IMG/VR virus record: IMGVR_UViG_3300044620_001243
Strand: one strand, 5' to 3'
DNA length: 64,000 nt
Source: a virus
In this document: one piece after another, positions 8,527-18,551 of the stretch
Layout: each line of letters starts with the position of its first letter
How positions within the stretch are numbered: position 1 is the stretch's first letter
Notes under the pieces: generated by a model
The model's input: the letters and a program-made list of their open reading frames with translations, nothing else
Database searches by the model: none
Told to the model about the DNA's origin: nothing
Translations under genes and position numbers: made by a program

Positions 8527-9099
8527 ATGAGTTTAACAAATTACGCAAAAAAAGAATTACAGACCGCCGGTTTCTTTGATGAAGATTCCGATTACGGGGG
8601 TTTAATTGGAGAGGCTGTAATGGAACTTATTGAAGTGTTCGATAAACAAGGACACTCGGGTATGTCTGCTCCTTATGTTGCTTCAATCTTTAACAAACTT
8701 GCCAACTTTGAACCTTTACTACCTATTACAGGTAAAGATGAAGAATGGGGAGATGTTAAGGATTTGGAAAGTGGAAAACCTTGGTATCAAAACAGGAGAT
8801 GTTCTGCTTTATTTAAAGATGGGAAGGATGGAAAACCCTACTTCATACACGCAATTATTAAAAGAGACCAAAATGGGAGTTGTTGGAGTGGAATGGCGTG
8901 GTTAAATGAAGAAGATTACAAATCAGGCGATAGAAGTAAAATGGTTGGAAAGAAGGGGTATGTTAAATCATTTCCTTTTGTTCCTAAAACATTTTACATT
9001 GATGTTAAGGATGTTGAGGTAGGAAAAGATGATTGGGAATCATTTGTTGTCGACCCATCACAATTGGAAGAGGTGTGGGAGTATTATGATAAGGATTAA
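8527..9099 (+). CDS. hypothetical protein
   Basis: 190 aa ORF; no motif recognised. Confidence 0.55.
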   Translation: MSLTNYAKKELQTAGFFDEDSDYGGLIGEAVMELIEVFDKQGHSGMSAPYVASIFNKLANFEPLLPITGKDEEWGDVKDLESGKPWYQNRRCSALFKDGKDGKPYFIHAIIKRDQNGSCWSGMAWLNEEDYKSGDRSKMVGKKGYVKSFPFVPKTFYIDVKDVEVGKDDWESFVVDPSQLEEVWEYYDKD

Positions 9100-9104
9100 T
9101 AGAT

Positions 9105-9341
9105 ATGGTTACTAAGATACACGTCAATCAACACCACATTCGTTCCAACAAAACCAAAGGAACTGATTTACCTGTTATCACCGTTAAACAGGGTAGAAAA
9201 AACACCTATTGTAATGAAGTGGAGATATTGGGACCAAGTAAAATAACTTACTGTGGAGCTGGGGATGATGTAAAACCTTTAATTTCTTGTGGAGCAAGAG
9301 TGGTTATTGAGACTGAATCTGATGTACGGATTTTGAATTGA
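9105..9341 (+). CDS. hypothetical protein
   Basis: 78 aa ORF. Confidence 0.45.
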   Translation: MVTKIHVNQHHIRSNKTKGTDLPVITVKQGRKNTYCNEVEILGPSKITYCGAGDDVKPLISCGARVVIETESDVRILN

Positions 9342-9356
9342 TTTATATTTATTGAT

Positions 9357-9788
9357 ATGATAAAACTTATAAATGTATTGAAAGAAATCGATGAACCACA
9401 AGAAATTGACCAAAAAGATTTGTTTAGATTTTTTGAAAAAGTATTTTATGAAATAAAAGATAAAAGACATGGTTTACCAACGTCAGACCAATTGGCCCAA
9501 TTAACACCTGAAGCAAAATCTTATTTGCTGACTGTGTTAGATACAGTTAAGATGTATGACAGCAAATATCAAAGACTAGGAAAATTCCTACACCCAGACA
9601 ACAACAAAGAACTTACATCAGAAGACGAGTTAATATCGTATCTTTCTTCTATGTACTTTGCTGGTTTTGATAGACCTTCAATATTGGGTAAACCAAATAA
9701 ACCTATTCAAGGGTTGAAATTACCCCAACCACCATCTCAAGAAGTGGTGAACAGTATAATCAATTTCGCTAAGGCTAGAAAAACTTAA
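9357..9788 (+). CDS. hypothetical protein
   Basis: 143 aa ORF. Confidence 0.5.
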   Translation: MIKLINVLKEIDEPQEIDQKDLFRFFEKVFYEIKDKRHGLPTSDQLAQLTPEAKSYLLTVLDTVKMYDSKYQRLGKFLHPDNNKELTSEDELISYLSSMYFAGFDRPSILGKPNKPIQGLKLPQPPSQEVVNSIINFAKARKT

Positions 9789-9800
9789 ATAAATTTGGAT

Positions 9801-9944
9801 ATGATACTTTTTTTTATTATATTATCAATGACAATACCTCTTTCCATTCTTTGGGTGCGAGGTATTGATTACATGAAAGAAAATCATCCTGACTATTGGG
9901 GTGAGAATTTATTTGATGAAGAAGATAAAATACACATAAGTTAA
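9801..9944 (+). CDS. hypothetical small membrane protein
   Basis: 47-codon ORF found by eye (MILFFIILSMTIPLSILW...), one predicted TM helix. Confidence 0.3.
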   Translation: MILFFIILSMTIPLSILWVRGIDYMKENHPDYWGENLFDEEDKIHIS

Positions 9945-9949
9945 TTTTT

Positions 9950-10138
9950 ATGAAAGAAACTAATTATAAATTCAAAGTAGGCGATAAGGCTTACAAACCA
10001 AAAGGATATAAATTTCCTTGTACAATTGTATCCGTTTTTGAAACAACTTCCTCTCAAGTAAGGGTGGTAGCGGAAATGGATGAATACGGATTGTTACATA
10101 TTTTTAACGAAGAACAGTTAGAACATTACACTCAATAA
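9950..10138 (+). CDS. hypothetical protein
   Basis: 62 aa ORF. Confidence 0.4.
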   Translation: MKETNYKFKVGDKAYKPKGYKFPCTIVSVFETTSSQVRVVAEMDEYGLLHIFNEEQLEHYTQ

Positions 10139-10139
10139 A

Positions 10140-10787
10140 ATGGCATATTTAAATCACAATTTACCTTTAACATCCTGTCTAATTAGAAATGAATTTTTAT
10201 ACAACCACGAAAAGGGACATGGAGAATATACCGTCGCAAATATGCATTCTGTGGCATCAGTGGAGGGTATGGTACCATTATTCGAAGCCTTTTTAGAAAA
10301 TGGTGTAAATTGGACTCGAAGACCGATTCATGCTTTTTGTTGGAAAAAAGATGCAGAAGTATTACCACTAACCGAACATGTATATTGGGATTCTTTTAGT
10401 CCGTACATTGATGTTCAAGTTAGGGCAAGGTTGTATCCACTCAGTGCTGAGTTAATTTCAATCACGGGAGTGAAAAGAAGAGGTGTTTATATGTTCACAC
10501 TTGACTGGTCTCATGAAAATAAAACCATGTTAGATACAAATTTTTCAGAAACAACTGAACACAAATGTGGACATATGTTCAAGATGGATAATGGCAATTA
10601 TTTTATTTACCCAAATAATCGAATTTTGTGGATAGATAAGGCATTTACATTTAAAAGAATAGACAAAAATCCTGGATTTAAAATAGATAGGACAATATAC
10701 ACGGTTGATTCCAATTCAGATTATTTCACGGATGAGAATTATATCACAAATTTTGAAAAAAATCCAAACACCAATGATAAAAGTTAA
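10140..10787 (+). CDS. hypothetical protein
   Basis: 215 aa ORF. Confidence 0.55.
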   Translation: MAYLNHNLPLTSCLIRNEFLYNHEKGHGEYTVANMHSVASVEGMVPLFEAFLENGVNWTRRPIHAFCWKKDAEVLPLTEHVYWDSFSPYIDVQVRARLYPLSAELISITGVKRRGVYMFTLDWSHENKTMLDTNFSETTEHKCGHMFKMDNGNYFIYPNNRILWIDKAFTFKRIDKNPGFKIDRTIYTVDSNSDYFTDENYITNFEKNPNTNDKS

Positions 10788-11139
10788 AACTATAATTAAA
10801 CTATCACCAGGTAAAGGAGTTGGATTATTTGCTTTAGAAAATATTATGAAAGGTCAATTAATTTACGATGAGGGAAGTTATGAAAAAATATTTCATAAAG
10901 ATAATCTGTCAAATTTAAACCAACATGAAATAGATTATTATGAAAATTATTCTTGGCGTGTTGGTGATTATATTTACCTTTCTACTGACAATACTATGTA
11001 CATAAATCATTCAAATGAACCAAATATAGATGGTATGAGTGGACGAGCGTTGAAAAATATTAAAATTGGAGAAGAATTAACTGAAGATTATTCAACATTT
11101 GATGCGGATTTTAATGATTACATCGAAACTTACATTTAA
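10774..11139 (+). CDS. SET-domain protein (putative lysine methyltransferase)
   Basis: GKGVGLFA, YINHSNEPN (NHSxxPN motif) and ELTEDY; start moved to ATG 10774. Confidence 0.6.
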   Translation: MIKVKTIIKLSPGKGVGLFALENIMKGQLIYDEGSYEKIFHKDNLSNLNQHEIDYYENYSWRVGDYIYLSTDNTMYINHSNEPNIDGMSGRALKNIKIGEELTEDYSTFDADFNDYIETYI

Positions 11140-11158
11140 AAAAAACAATTAAAAAAAA

Positions 11159-11407
11159 ATGAAAACACTTGGATTAATAAATTACGAAGGTGATAACCTA
11201 AGTCTAAAAAAAGTCGCACCCAATAAATTTATTGTGGTCGACCAATTTGATGTCAAGGTAAGTGAGTTAACTTTGGAAGAATTGTGTGATTGGATTGAAG
11301 GTAGAACCTCAATTAAAGATTCTCAAGGTATGGATTGGTATTACACATATCAACCTCAAGATGCGAGAGTCTCATTGTTTAAAATTATAAATTACATAAT
11401 GCGATGA
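11159..11407 (+). CDS. hypothetical protein
   Basis: 82 aa ORF. Confidence 0.45.
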   Translation: MKTLGLINYEGDNLSLKKVAPNKFIVVDQFDVKVSELTLEELCDWIEGRTSIKDSQGMDWYYTYQPQDARVSLFKIINYIMR

Positions 11408-12246
11408 TAAAATGGGTCACCTCCATTATAGAAAAATATAAAAAATCATTATTATTAATTTATTTTTACATTTTTATCTCCCAAATTATTTTTTTACTTG
11501 AACCATATGTTTTGGGTAAATCAATAGACGGATTGATAAATAAAGACTATTCGTGGATAATCGTTTTTTTACTTATAGATTTACTTGGATGTTTTTTTAT
11601 ATATAAAAGAATGGTATTTGATACAAAAATTTATACATCAATATACAACGATATTGTTTTTAATTATTTAGACAACACGAAAGATGGTGATGTTTCTACC
11701 AAATTGGGTAGAACAGACTTAGCACACAATATCATTGATTTTCTCGAACACCATATTCACTATTACATTGTTTCAATATTAACGGTTGTTGGTACACTTA
11801 TTTTTATAATGTATTCACATTTATTGACGGGATTAATTGCATTATCTACAACACCTTTTATTTGTTTTATTGTTTGGAAGTTTTATAGGAAAATTGCTCA
11901 ATCAACACAAGTAAGCCATAATCATCATGAAAAAAAAATGAACATTTTCAACACCAATAATGATGGATTTATAAAATCATTTTTTGAGAGAAGAAAAAAA
12001 TTGTGGATTTTTGGTTCAACAATTCAGGGAAAAAATTGGACAGCATTAAACACTACAAAAACATTTTTTTTGGTTTTATGTTTGGTGATATTTACAAATA
12101 AAAATATTAATTTATCACAAGGGGAGGCGATAGCAATGTATTCTTACATTAATCAATTTTTAAATTCTTTATTGTCTATACCTGTTGGTATGGAAATGTT
12201 TACAAGAATGAAAGATGTTATTCAAAGATTAAACACAACAATATGA
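11404..12246 (+). CDS. polytopic membrane protein (ABC-exporter TM-domain-like, no ATPase)
   Basis: 280 aa with about 5-6 hydrophobic helices; N-terminus resembles ABC exporter membrane domains (weak recall). Confidence 0.4.
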   Translation: MIKWVTSIIEKYKKSLLLIYFYIFISQIIFLLEPYVLGKSIDGLINKDYSWIIVFLLIDLLGCFFIYKRMVFDTKIYTSIYNDIVFNYLDNTKDGDVSTKLGRTDLAHNIIDFLEHHIHYYIVSILTVVGTLIFIMYSHLLTGLIALSTTPFICFIVWKFYRKIAQSTQVSHNHHEKKMNIFNTNNDGFIKSFFERRKKLWIFGSTIQGKNWTALNTTKTFFLVLCLVIFTNKNINLSQGEAIAMYSYINQFLNSLLSIPVGMEMFTRMKDVIQRLNTTI

Positions 12247-12467
12247 TAAAAAAAATAATAGTTTCAATTAGAAAATTATTCTCACCTGAAATAAAAAAAG
12301 AATTGTCATGGACGGTTAACGATTTTAATATTGCAAAAAAATGGGCAAGTTGTCGTTTTCATCCAAATCATGAAAATAAAACAATATGGGAAATTGTTTA
12401 TTCACCAAGACAAGATTCTGTTGATGTAATATACGAAATAAATAAACTAACAAAAAAAATAAAATGA
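12243..12467 (+). CDS. hypothetical protein
   Basis: 74 aa ORF, ATGA overlaps on both sides. Confidence 0.45.
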   Translation: MIKKIIVSIRKLFSPEIKKELSWTVNDFNIAKKWASCRFHPNHENKTIWEIVYSPRQDSVDVIYEINKLTKKIK

Positions 12468-13846
12468 AAGCAATAAAAGTACTAATAATAATTTTCGGTG
12501 TAATTTTTACAATTTACTCCTGTACAAAAGAAGAAACAATAACACCTGTTGATTTCCCTAAAGATTTGGGGATTGATAATTTTAAATTTCCTGAAGATTC
12601 TCTTGAGATAATGAAATGGGTCGAAAATCAAGATACACATAAAATAGTTTCACATGCTTGGGGTATTTGGGCGGGGTTAACCGAACCAACAAATCAAAAA
12701 TACAACGGTCAGACCTTATTGGTTTTTGAAACATGGATGGGAGTTCAAGAACTTGCGGCAATGTCCGCAAATGGACAAATCGCAAACAATAATATGGTTC
12801 GAAAAAATAGAACAAATTTAAATGTACCAAAACAATTTGTTCACGGTTTTTTATTAACTGGCGAAAAACACATCGTTGACACCAATTTTTCGGTGTTGGA
12901 AACGGTTTCTTATGACCCATCCGCATCAAAATTTGTAACAGAAAACTCACTTTTTAACCAATCAAAATTAAATTCATATAAAAAAGATGGACAAATAAGT
13001 AGTATTCCTGAGTTTCCAAATACATCAATCACAATAAAACCAACGTATTACGCTGGTGTTCCAAATAAAGATGGTTATATAAGAGTCCCTGTTTGGACAG
13101 AACCATACGGACCGGGTGCTTACAAATATACTGAATGGAAAGAATGGGTCTTTGTCGATATAAAAAATAGACAAGAAGAAGGTAAAGTTATATATCCAAC
13201 AACAGACCCATCTCCATCAAATAATGATATGTATTGGTCAACATGCAACTTAAAGGACTTTATTCATTATAAAATTGATAGAGTTGGTGCTGATTATTTA
13301 AATAATCATCAAGATGTTGGAACATCACCGAGTAGACAATTTATTGATGGTGATTACGTATTGTTAGTGGCAATGCACGTTACAACTAAGGAATTTAAAA
13401 ATTGGACTTGGCAAACATTTTTTTGGGTTCCTAATATTGAAAGTCCACCATATCCAAGTTCGTGGTTTGAATCAAATTTAATGCCCGTTGAATTAAAAGG
13501 AGCTGCTTCACATTATGCCGTTAGTGTGGCATATGCCATGGTTTGGCCAAATCAACCTGTTACTGGTGGTACGGATAAAGACGCCAGACCTATAATTGCC
13601 TTTAACCCATATTTGGAAGGTGGATTTGGACCAAAAGTTTTCAAATTACCAAATAAATTTAGAACTGATTTTGTTTACGGCATGCAAACCAATTGCATGT
13701 CCTGTCACGCGTTATCAACAATGTCTGGTAAAAATGGATATACAACAAACCAATACATTGATATGATGGATACTACACTTTTTAAAAACGACGTAAAATT
13801 AGATTTTACGTGGTCTATTCAAGGAAATATTAATTTGGATAAATAA
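12464..13846 (+). CDS. lipoprotein with C-terminal CXXCH motif
   Basis: Signal peptide plus lipobox (VIFTIYSC); single CMSCH (CXXCH haem-c type) motif near the C-terminus. Confidence 0.55.
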   Translation: MKAIKVLIIIFGVIFTIYSCTKEETITPVDFPKDLGIDNFKFPEDSLEIMKWVENQDTHKIVSHAWGIWAGLTEPTNQKYNGQTLLVFETWMGVQELAAMSANGQIANNNMVRKNRTNLNVPKQFVHGFLLTGEKHIVDTNFSVLETVSYDPSASKFVTENSLFNQSKLNSYKKDGQISSIPEFPNTSITIKPTYYAGVPNKDGYIRVPVWTEPYGPGAYKYTEWKEWVFVDIKNRQEEGKVIYPTTDPSPSNNDMYWSTCNLKDFIHYKIDRVGADYLNNHQDVGTSPSRQFIDGDYVLLVAMHVTTKEFKNWTWQTFFWVPNIESPPYPSSWFESNLMPVELKGAASHYAVSVAYAMVWPNQPVTGGTDKDARPIIAFNPYLEGGFGPKVFKLPNKFRTDFVYGMQTNCMSCHALSTMSGKNGYTTNQYIDMMDTTLFKNDVKLDFTWSIQGNINLDK

Positions 13847-13893
13847 AATAATTTTATTAATTTTGTGATATTTATAAATAAAAAAATATCACT

Positions 13894-15225
13894 ATGAAAA
13901 TGAACTTTTTCAACAGATTTCTAAGTTTTGTAAATAAAAAAAACCATAACAAAGAAAGGGCAAAAAAAATAGAAGAACTAAGTAAAAAAATTACATTACT
14001 TGAGCCCGTAGTTGCGGTGGTACCTGTCGTGGAAGAAACACCTGTTGTAGAAGAAATACCGGTAATTGAAGAAACACCTGTCGTGGAGGAACCCGTTGTA
14101 GAAGAGGTACCAGTAATTGAAGAGACACCTGTAGTTGAAGAAACACCTGTTGTAGAAGAACCTGTCGTGGAGGAAACACCTGTTGTAGAAGAAACACCTG
14201 TTGTAGAAGAGGTACCAGTAGTTGAAGAAGTACCTGTTGTAGAAGAGGTACCAGTAATTGAAGAAACACCTGTCGTGGAGGAACCTGTTGTAGAAGAGGT
14301 ACCGGTAATTGAAGAAACACCTGTTGTAGAAGAACCTGTCGTGGAGGAAACACCTGTTGTAGAAGAACCTGTCGTGGAGGAAACACCTGTTGTAGAAGAA
14401 ACACCTGTTGTAGAAGAGGTACCAGTAGTTGAAGAAGTACCTGTTGTAGAAGAGGTACCAGTAATTGAAGAAACACCTGTTGTAGAAGAACCTGTCGTGG
14501 AGGAAACACCTGTTGTAGAAGAACCTGTCGTGGAGGAAACACCTGTTGTAGAAGAAACACCTGTTGTAGAAGAGGTACCAGTAGTTGAAGAAGTACCTGT
14601 TGTAGAAGAGGTACCAGTAATTGAAGAGACACCTGTAGTTGAAGAAACACCTGTTGTAGAAGAACCTGTCGTGGAGGAAACACCTGTTGTAGAAGAAACA
14701 CCTGTTGTAGAAGAGGTACCAGTAGTTGAAGAAGTACCTGTTGTAGAAGAGGTACCAGTAATTGAAGAAACACCTGTCGTGGAGGAACCTGTTGTAGAAG
14801 AGGTACCGGTAATTGAAGAAACACCTGTTGTAGAAGAACCTGTCGTGGAGGAAACACCTGTTGTAGAAGAACCTGTCGTGGAGGAAACACCTGTTGTAGA
14901 AGAAACACCTGTTGTAGAAGAGGTACCAGTAGTTGAAGAAGTACCTGTTGTAGAAGAGGTACCAGTAATTGAAGAAACACCTGTTGTAGAAGAACCTGTC
15001 GTGGAGGAAACACCTGTTGTAGAAGAACCTGTCGTGGAGGAAACACCTGTTGTAGAAGAAACACCTGTTGTAGAAGAGGTACCAGTAGTTGAAGAAGTAC
15101 CTGTTGTAGAAGAGGTACCAGTAATTGAAGAGACACCTGTAGTTGAAGAAACACCTGTTGTAGAAGAACCTGTCGTGGAGGAAACACCTGTTGTAGAAGA
15201 ACCTGTGGTAGAGGAGACACCATAA
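13894..15225 (+). CDS. acidic PVVEE-repeat protein
   Basis: 443 aa; 35-aa basic N-terminus, then uninterrupted E(T/V)PV(V/I)EE and EPVVEE units to the stop codon. Confidence 0.6.
   Translation: MKMNFFNRFLSFVNKKNHNKERAKKIEELSKKITLLEPVVAVVPVVEETPVVEEIPVIEETPVVEEPVVEEVPVIEETPVVEETPVVEEPVVEETPVVEETPVVEEVPVVEEVPVVEEVPVIEETPVVEEPVVEEVPVIEETPVVEEPVVEETPVVEEPVVEETPVVEETPVVEEVPVVEEVPVVEEVPVIEETPVVEEPVVEETPVVEEPVVEETPVVEETPVVEEVPVVEEVPVVEEVPVIEETPVVEETPVVEEPVVEETPVVEETPVVEEVPVVEEVPVVEEVPVIEETPVVEEPVVEEVPVIEETPVVEEPVVEETPVVEEPVVEETPVVEETPVVEEVPVVEEVPVVEEVPVIEETPVVEEPVVEETPVVEEPVVEETPVVEETPVVEEVPVVEEVPVVEEVPVIEETPVVEETPVVEEPVVEETPVVEEPVVEETP
14040..15225 (+). repeat. 504-bp higher-order tandem repeat (about 2.3 copies) built from 15/18-nt PVVEE units
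   Basis: Landmark strings recur at +504 (14107/14611, 14247/14751, 14454/14958); the blocks compared by eye were identical. Confidence 0.8.
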
Positions 15226-15255
15226 AGATTTTTTTATTTTACAGTAAAAACTTTT

Positions 15256-15286
15256 TTTGTTGATTTAAGTTTTTTCCGTATCTTTA
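15256..15286 (+). promoter_or_regulatory. Bacteroidota-type promoter
   Basis: TTTG, 19 nt, TATCTTTA; 14 nt upstream of ATG 15301. Confidence 0.5.
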
Positions 15287-15300
15287 CAAAAAAAACGGAT

Positions 15301-17031
15301 ATGGAGATTTTAAACCAAAGATTTCAGTATTTCACAATAGACTTGTGCCAAAATTATTCAAACATAAATGGCTCGGATTGTTCCGATTCATATGATTTTG
15401 AAAAGTACAGGTACATGTCATTGACCCCAAAAGAAAAAAATCCAAAAAGAACAAAATACTATTACACAAATGACGCGCGTGGTGAAAGAATAATATTAAA
15501 ATCTTGTTTCCCAAAACCAATTGAGACACAAAAAGAAAAACAATTAAAAAGACATTATGGTAATCCTTTTGCTCAAGTAGAGACACATTTTAAACAAAGG
15601 AGTGTTAAAATTATTGATAATAAAATTTCTTTTAGAATTTTTAGTCATTCAAAATATAGGGGTATCAATGATAAATTTTTTATAAAAACCTCAAATGTCA
15701 AAATCATAAAAATGGATTTAAATACTGGAGATTTTACCTTATGCGATATTAATTCTAAATTGAAAAGGAAACAATTTAGAAAAAATAATTTTGAAACTTT
15801 AAAAAATTTTATAACTGAACATGATTTTTTTACAAAAAAATATCATTTATCTAATGAATCTTTAATGAAAGAACAAAACATATCATTAAATGATGATATG
15901 TTTATTGATGTTTTATTGAAAAAAATTTCTTCAAATTTGGAAAGTAAAGAGGTTTCCAATATGGATATTTACAATGCATTTATTGATTTTTTCGTTATGA
16001 AGAAAAAAATCAAAACACCAAACAACTACCACTCTCTTATTTCAAATTTATACCCAACAGAAAAATTTCTCAAGAAAAACGATAGAAAATTAATACTATC
16101 CGTTTTAGATAGTTTTGGGATGAAATCAAAATTTTTCATAAAATATTTTCATGAAAATTCAGACAAATCAATAGTGGTGCACTCATTTTTTGTTAAGTTT
16201 TTTGGTGACGATTATCCAAAATACATGACAGCATTGTCTCCGATGTACTATCACCAATCAAAAATTGAGAATTCCAAAGTTTCAGTTCCTACCGTTAAAG
16301 ATAGAAAAATAAAATTTATTACTTTTTTAGAAAAGAAAGAAAAAGAGAATCTTGTTAAAATAATTAATTCATTTATTAATTGTCAAGATTTTTTAAAACA
16401 TGAATCGACACCACTTAGAACTCTTTGTTTACTTATAGATGACCATATTGAAATGTACAAAAAAATAAAAGATTATGAAATCGATGTCAAAATTAATGCA
16501 ACTAATAAGGAATCATTTATGTTAGAACACCAAGAATTTACTAGACTATCTTCTTTGATAAAAAAAGGTTGGACGATAGAATATCAATATGACAATAGAA
16601 TGGTTAGATACGTGGAATCACCAATTACAGTAAATTATGTGAATAAAGAATATACGTTTTTCCCAATCATACTAAAAAGAGAAGAAGAATATGAAACCGA
16701 AGGTGATTTTATGCACCACTGTGTTGCGTCTTATTCATCAAAAGAAAATTCGTTAATTGTTTCACTGAGGACAAATAATGGGATGGATAGGGTGACCTGT
16801 GAGTTCAATAAAAAAACAGGTGAATGTGTGCAATCGAGACATTTTTGTAATGCCAATCCCCCAAAACATTTTGAAAGGGCACTAGATATTTTAGATTCAA
16901 GAGTTAAAAGATTCAAAAACCAAAGATTACTTAACCATGTGGATGTTAAAAAAGTTAGGGTATGTATAAATGGAATAGAAATAAAAAATAATACGGTTAA
17001 CAATGAAGTGTTACATCATTTACCATTTTAA
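15301..17031 (+). CDS. PcfJ-like protein
   Basis: 576 aa; C-terminal EGDFMHHCVASY...SLR...Q.R block recalled from the PcfJ family; promoter 15256-15286 upstream. Confidence 0.45.
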   Translation: MEILNQRFQYFTIDLCQNYSNINGSDCSDSYDFEKYRYMSLTPKEKNPKRTKYYYTNDARGERIILKSCFPKPIETQKEKQLKRHYGNPFAQVETHFKQRSVKIIDNKISFRIFSHSKYRGINDKFFIKTSNVKIIKMDLNTGDFTLCDINSKLKRKQFRKNNFETLKNFITEHDFFTKKYHLSNESLMKEQNISLNDDMFIDVLLKKISSNLESKEVSNMDIYNAFIDFFVMKKKIKTPNNYHSLISNLYPTEKFLKKNDRKLILSVLDSFGMKSKFFIKYFHENSDKSIVVHSFFVKFFGDDYPKYMTALSPMYYHQSKIENSKVSVPTVKDRKIKFITFLEKKEKENLVKIINSFINCQDFLKHESTPLRTLCLLIDDHIEMYKKIKDYEIDVKINATNKESFMLEHQEFTRLSSLIKKGWTIEYQYDNRMVRYVESPITVNYVNKEYTFFPIILKREEEYETEGDFMHHCVASYSSKENSLIVSLRTNNGMDRVTCEFNKKTGECVQSRHFCNANPPKHFERALDILDSRVKRFKNQRLLNHVDVKKVRVCINGIEIKNNTVNNEVLHHLPF

Positions 17032-17050
17032 TTAACTTAAAATCACAATT

Positions 17051-17368
17051 ATGACAAAAATAAACCCGCACAACCCAAATGAAAAAGATGTAACATTTGA
17101 ATATGGTTACATCAATATAAAAACATCAACAATCGTAAAATTAAATGAAACATTTATTGTTGATACCGAAGACGGACCTGTTTATTTAAATGTTGAAATT
17201 TCCTCAGATTTCAAATTAATAGATGAGAAATATCATGAATTGTTTCTTAATATCTTATCATCAAAATATCTCAATAGAGTTTCATTTGGTAAAAATCCAT
17301 TTTCAGAATGTAAACCAATGAAAAAAAGAAAATGGTATGAATTTTGGAAATCAGAATACTTCACTTAA
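17051..17368 (+). CDS. hypothetical protein
   Basis: 105 aa ORF. Confidence 0.45.
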   Translation: MTKINPHNPNEKDVTFEYGYINIKTSTIVKLNETFIVDTEDGPVYLNVEISSDFKLIDEKYHELFLNILSSKYLNRVSFGKNPFSECKPMKKRKWYEFWKSEYFT

Positions 17369-17822
17369 ACCAATACGGTATCTCTCTGTTTTTCCATTTC
17401 GCAAATTTTGATTTATCACCAATATAGTACTTTCTATACGATTCGACTACCGAATCTGTTTTATATTGGTCAGGCATTGCCATTGGTGGTATAGTAAAAC
17501 CTTTGTCACAAATATTGATTTTATTTGTGACACACCATTCAATTATGTATTTAGATTTGTGTTGGTTATTGTATCTATGATTATACTCTTTACATAATTC
17601 TAAACCTAATTCACATAGGTATAGATAATTTGACAAAGACTCTCTAACCCATTTAGAACATGGGTGATTTTTGTGTACCATTTTGTATGGGGCCTCTGAA
17701 CCTGAAACCCAATGGGAGGTGCATAATAATTGAGCACTTTCTAATATCATTTTAACAACATGTTTGTCACAATGATATTGGGCACATTTTCTGACATCTT
17801 CGTCTAAAAAGAATATATTCAT
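17361..17822 (-). CDS. conserved hypothetical protein (family recalled from phages and giant viruses)
   Basis: 153 aa minus-strand ORF; N-terminus FFLDED..KCAQYHCDKHVVKMILESAQLL recalled as a conserved family of unknown function. Confidence 0.5.
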   Translation of the reverse strand: MNIFFLDEDVRKCAQYHCDKHVVKMILESAQLLCTSHWVSGSEAPYKMVHKNHPCSKWVRESLSNYLYLCELGLELCKEYNHRYNNQHKSKYIIEWCVTNKINICDKGFTIPPMAMPDQYKTDSVVESYRKYYIGDKSKFAKWKNREIPYWFK

Positions 17823-17872
17823 GGTGTAAATATACTTATTATACCTTATATTTAAAAAAAAATTAAAAAAAG

Positions 17873-18541
17873 ATGAAAATTAATCATCCATTATTAAAGT
17901 GTGAAGTGGTTGAAATTAAACCGAGAATTTTTGTTGTGACCGTTAAAAATGATTATGATAGGTCAATGTTGTTTTGTAGATACCAAGAATACTACGAGTC
18001 ACCACATTCAATGTTTTATCGTAAATTTTTTACATTAGAAGAATTTATGAAAATCTATTCCAAAAAAAGAAAAACATCATTTTTTTCATATCCTCTTGAT
18101 TGGATTGGATTTAATATTCCATCAGAAGTTTTAATCGAATCCCACAATTTATTTAAAAACTCTGGCAGTTTTTATGATGATATCATGGGTCAGATTATTT
18201 CTTTCTGTAAAAAAGAAATAAATGATGATAGTAAAAATTGGTATTTAATTGGTACGGATAAATTAAATTCTAAAATTTTAAAACATGAAATTTCACATGG
18301 TTTTTATTATACAAATGTAGACTATAAGAAAAATATGGATAAAATTATTAAAAAAATAGATAATGAAGACTTTCTTTTAATGAAAAAAAAATTGATTTTG
18401 ATGGGGTATCGAAATGAAAAGAAAATAATTTATGATGAAATACAAGCATACATGTCAAGTTATAAACTACCATCATGGAGTGATAATATTTATATGAAAT
18501 ATAGGTATGAATTTATTGAAGTTTTTGATATTTATAAATAA
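17873..18541 (+). CDS. hypothetical protein with HExxH motif
   Basis: 222 aa; HEISH motif (possible zinc metallopeptidase). Confidence 0.4.
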   Translation: MKINHPLLKCEVVEIKPRIFVVTVKNDYDRSMLFCRYQEYYESPHSMFYRKFFTLEEFMKIYSKKRKTSFFSYPLDWIGFNIPSEVLIESHNLFKNSGSFYDDIMGQIISFCKKEINDDSKNWYLIGTDKLNSKILKHEISHGFYYTNVDYKKNMDKIIKKIDNEDFLLMKKKLILMGYRNEKKIIYDEIQAYMSSYKLPSWSDNIYMKYRYEFIEVFDIYK

Positions 18542-18551
18542 ATATATTATT

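Noticed and set aside
13991-15223. 410-aa minus-strand ORF antisense to the PVVEE gene
   Set aside because: It is an artefact of the repeat. The complement of GAA/GTT-rich units is also stop-free and gives a low-complexity LLQQV peptide. The + strand ORF has a proper start region and a unique N-terminus.
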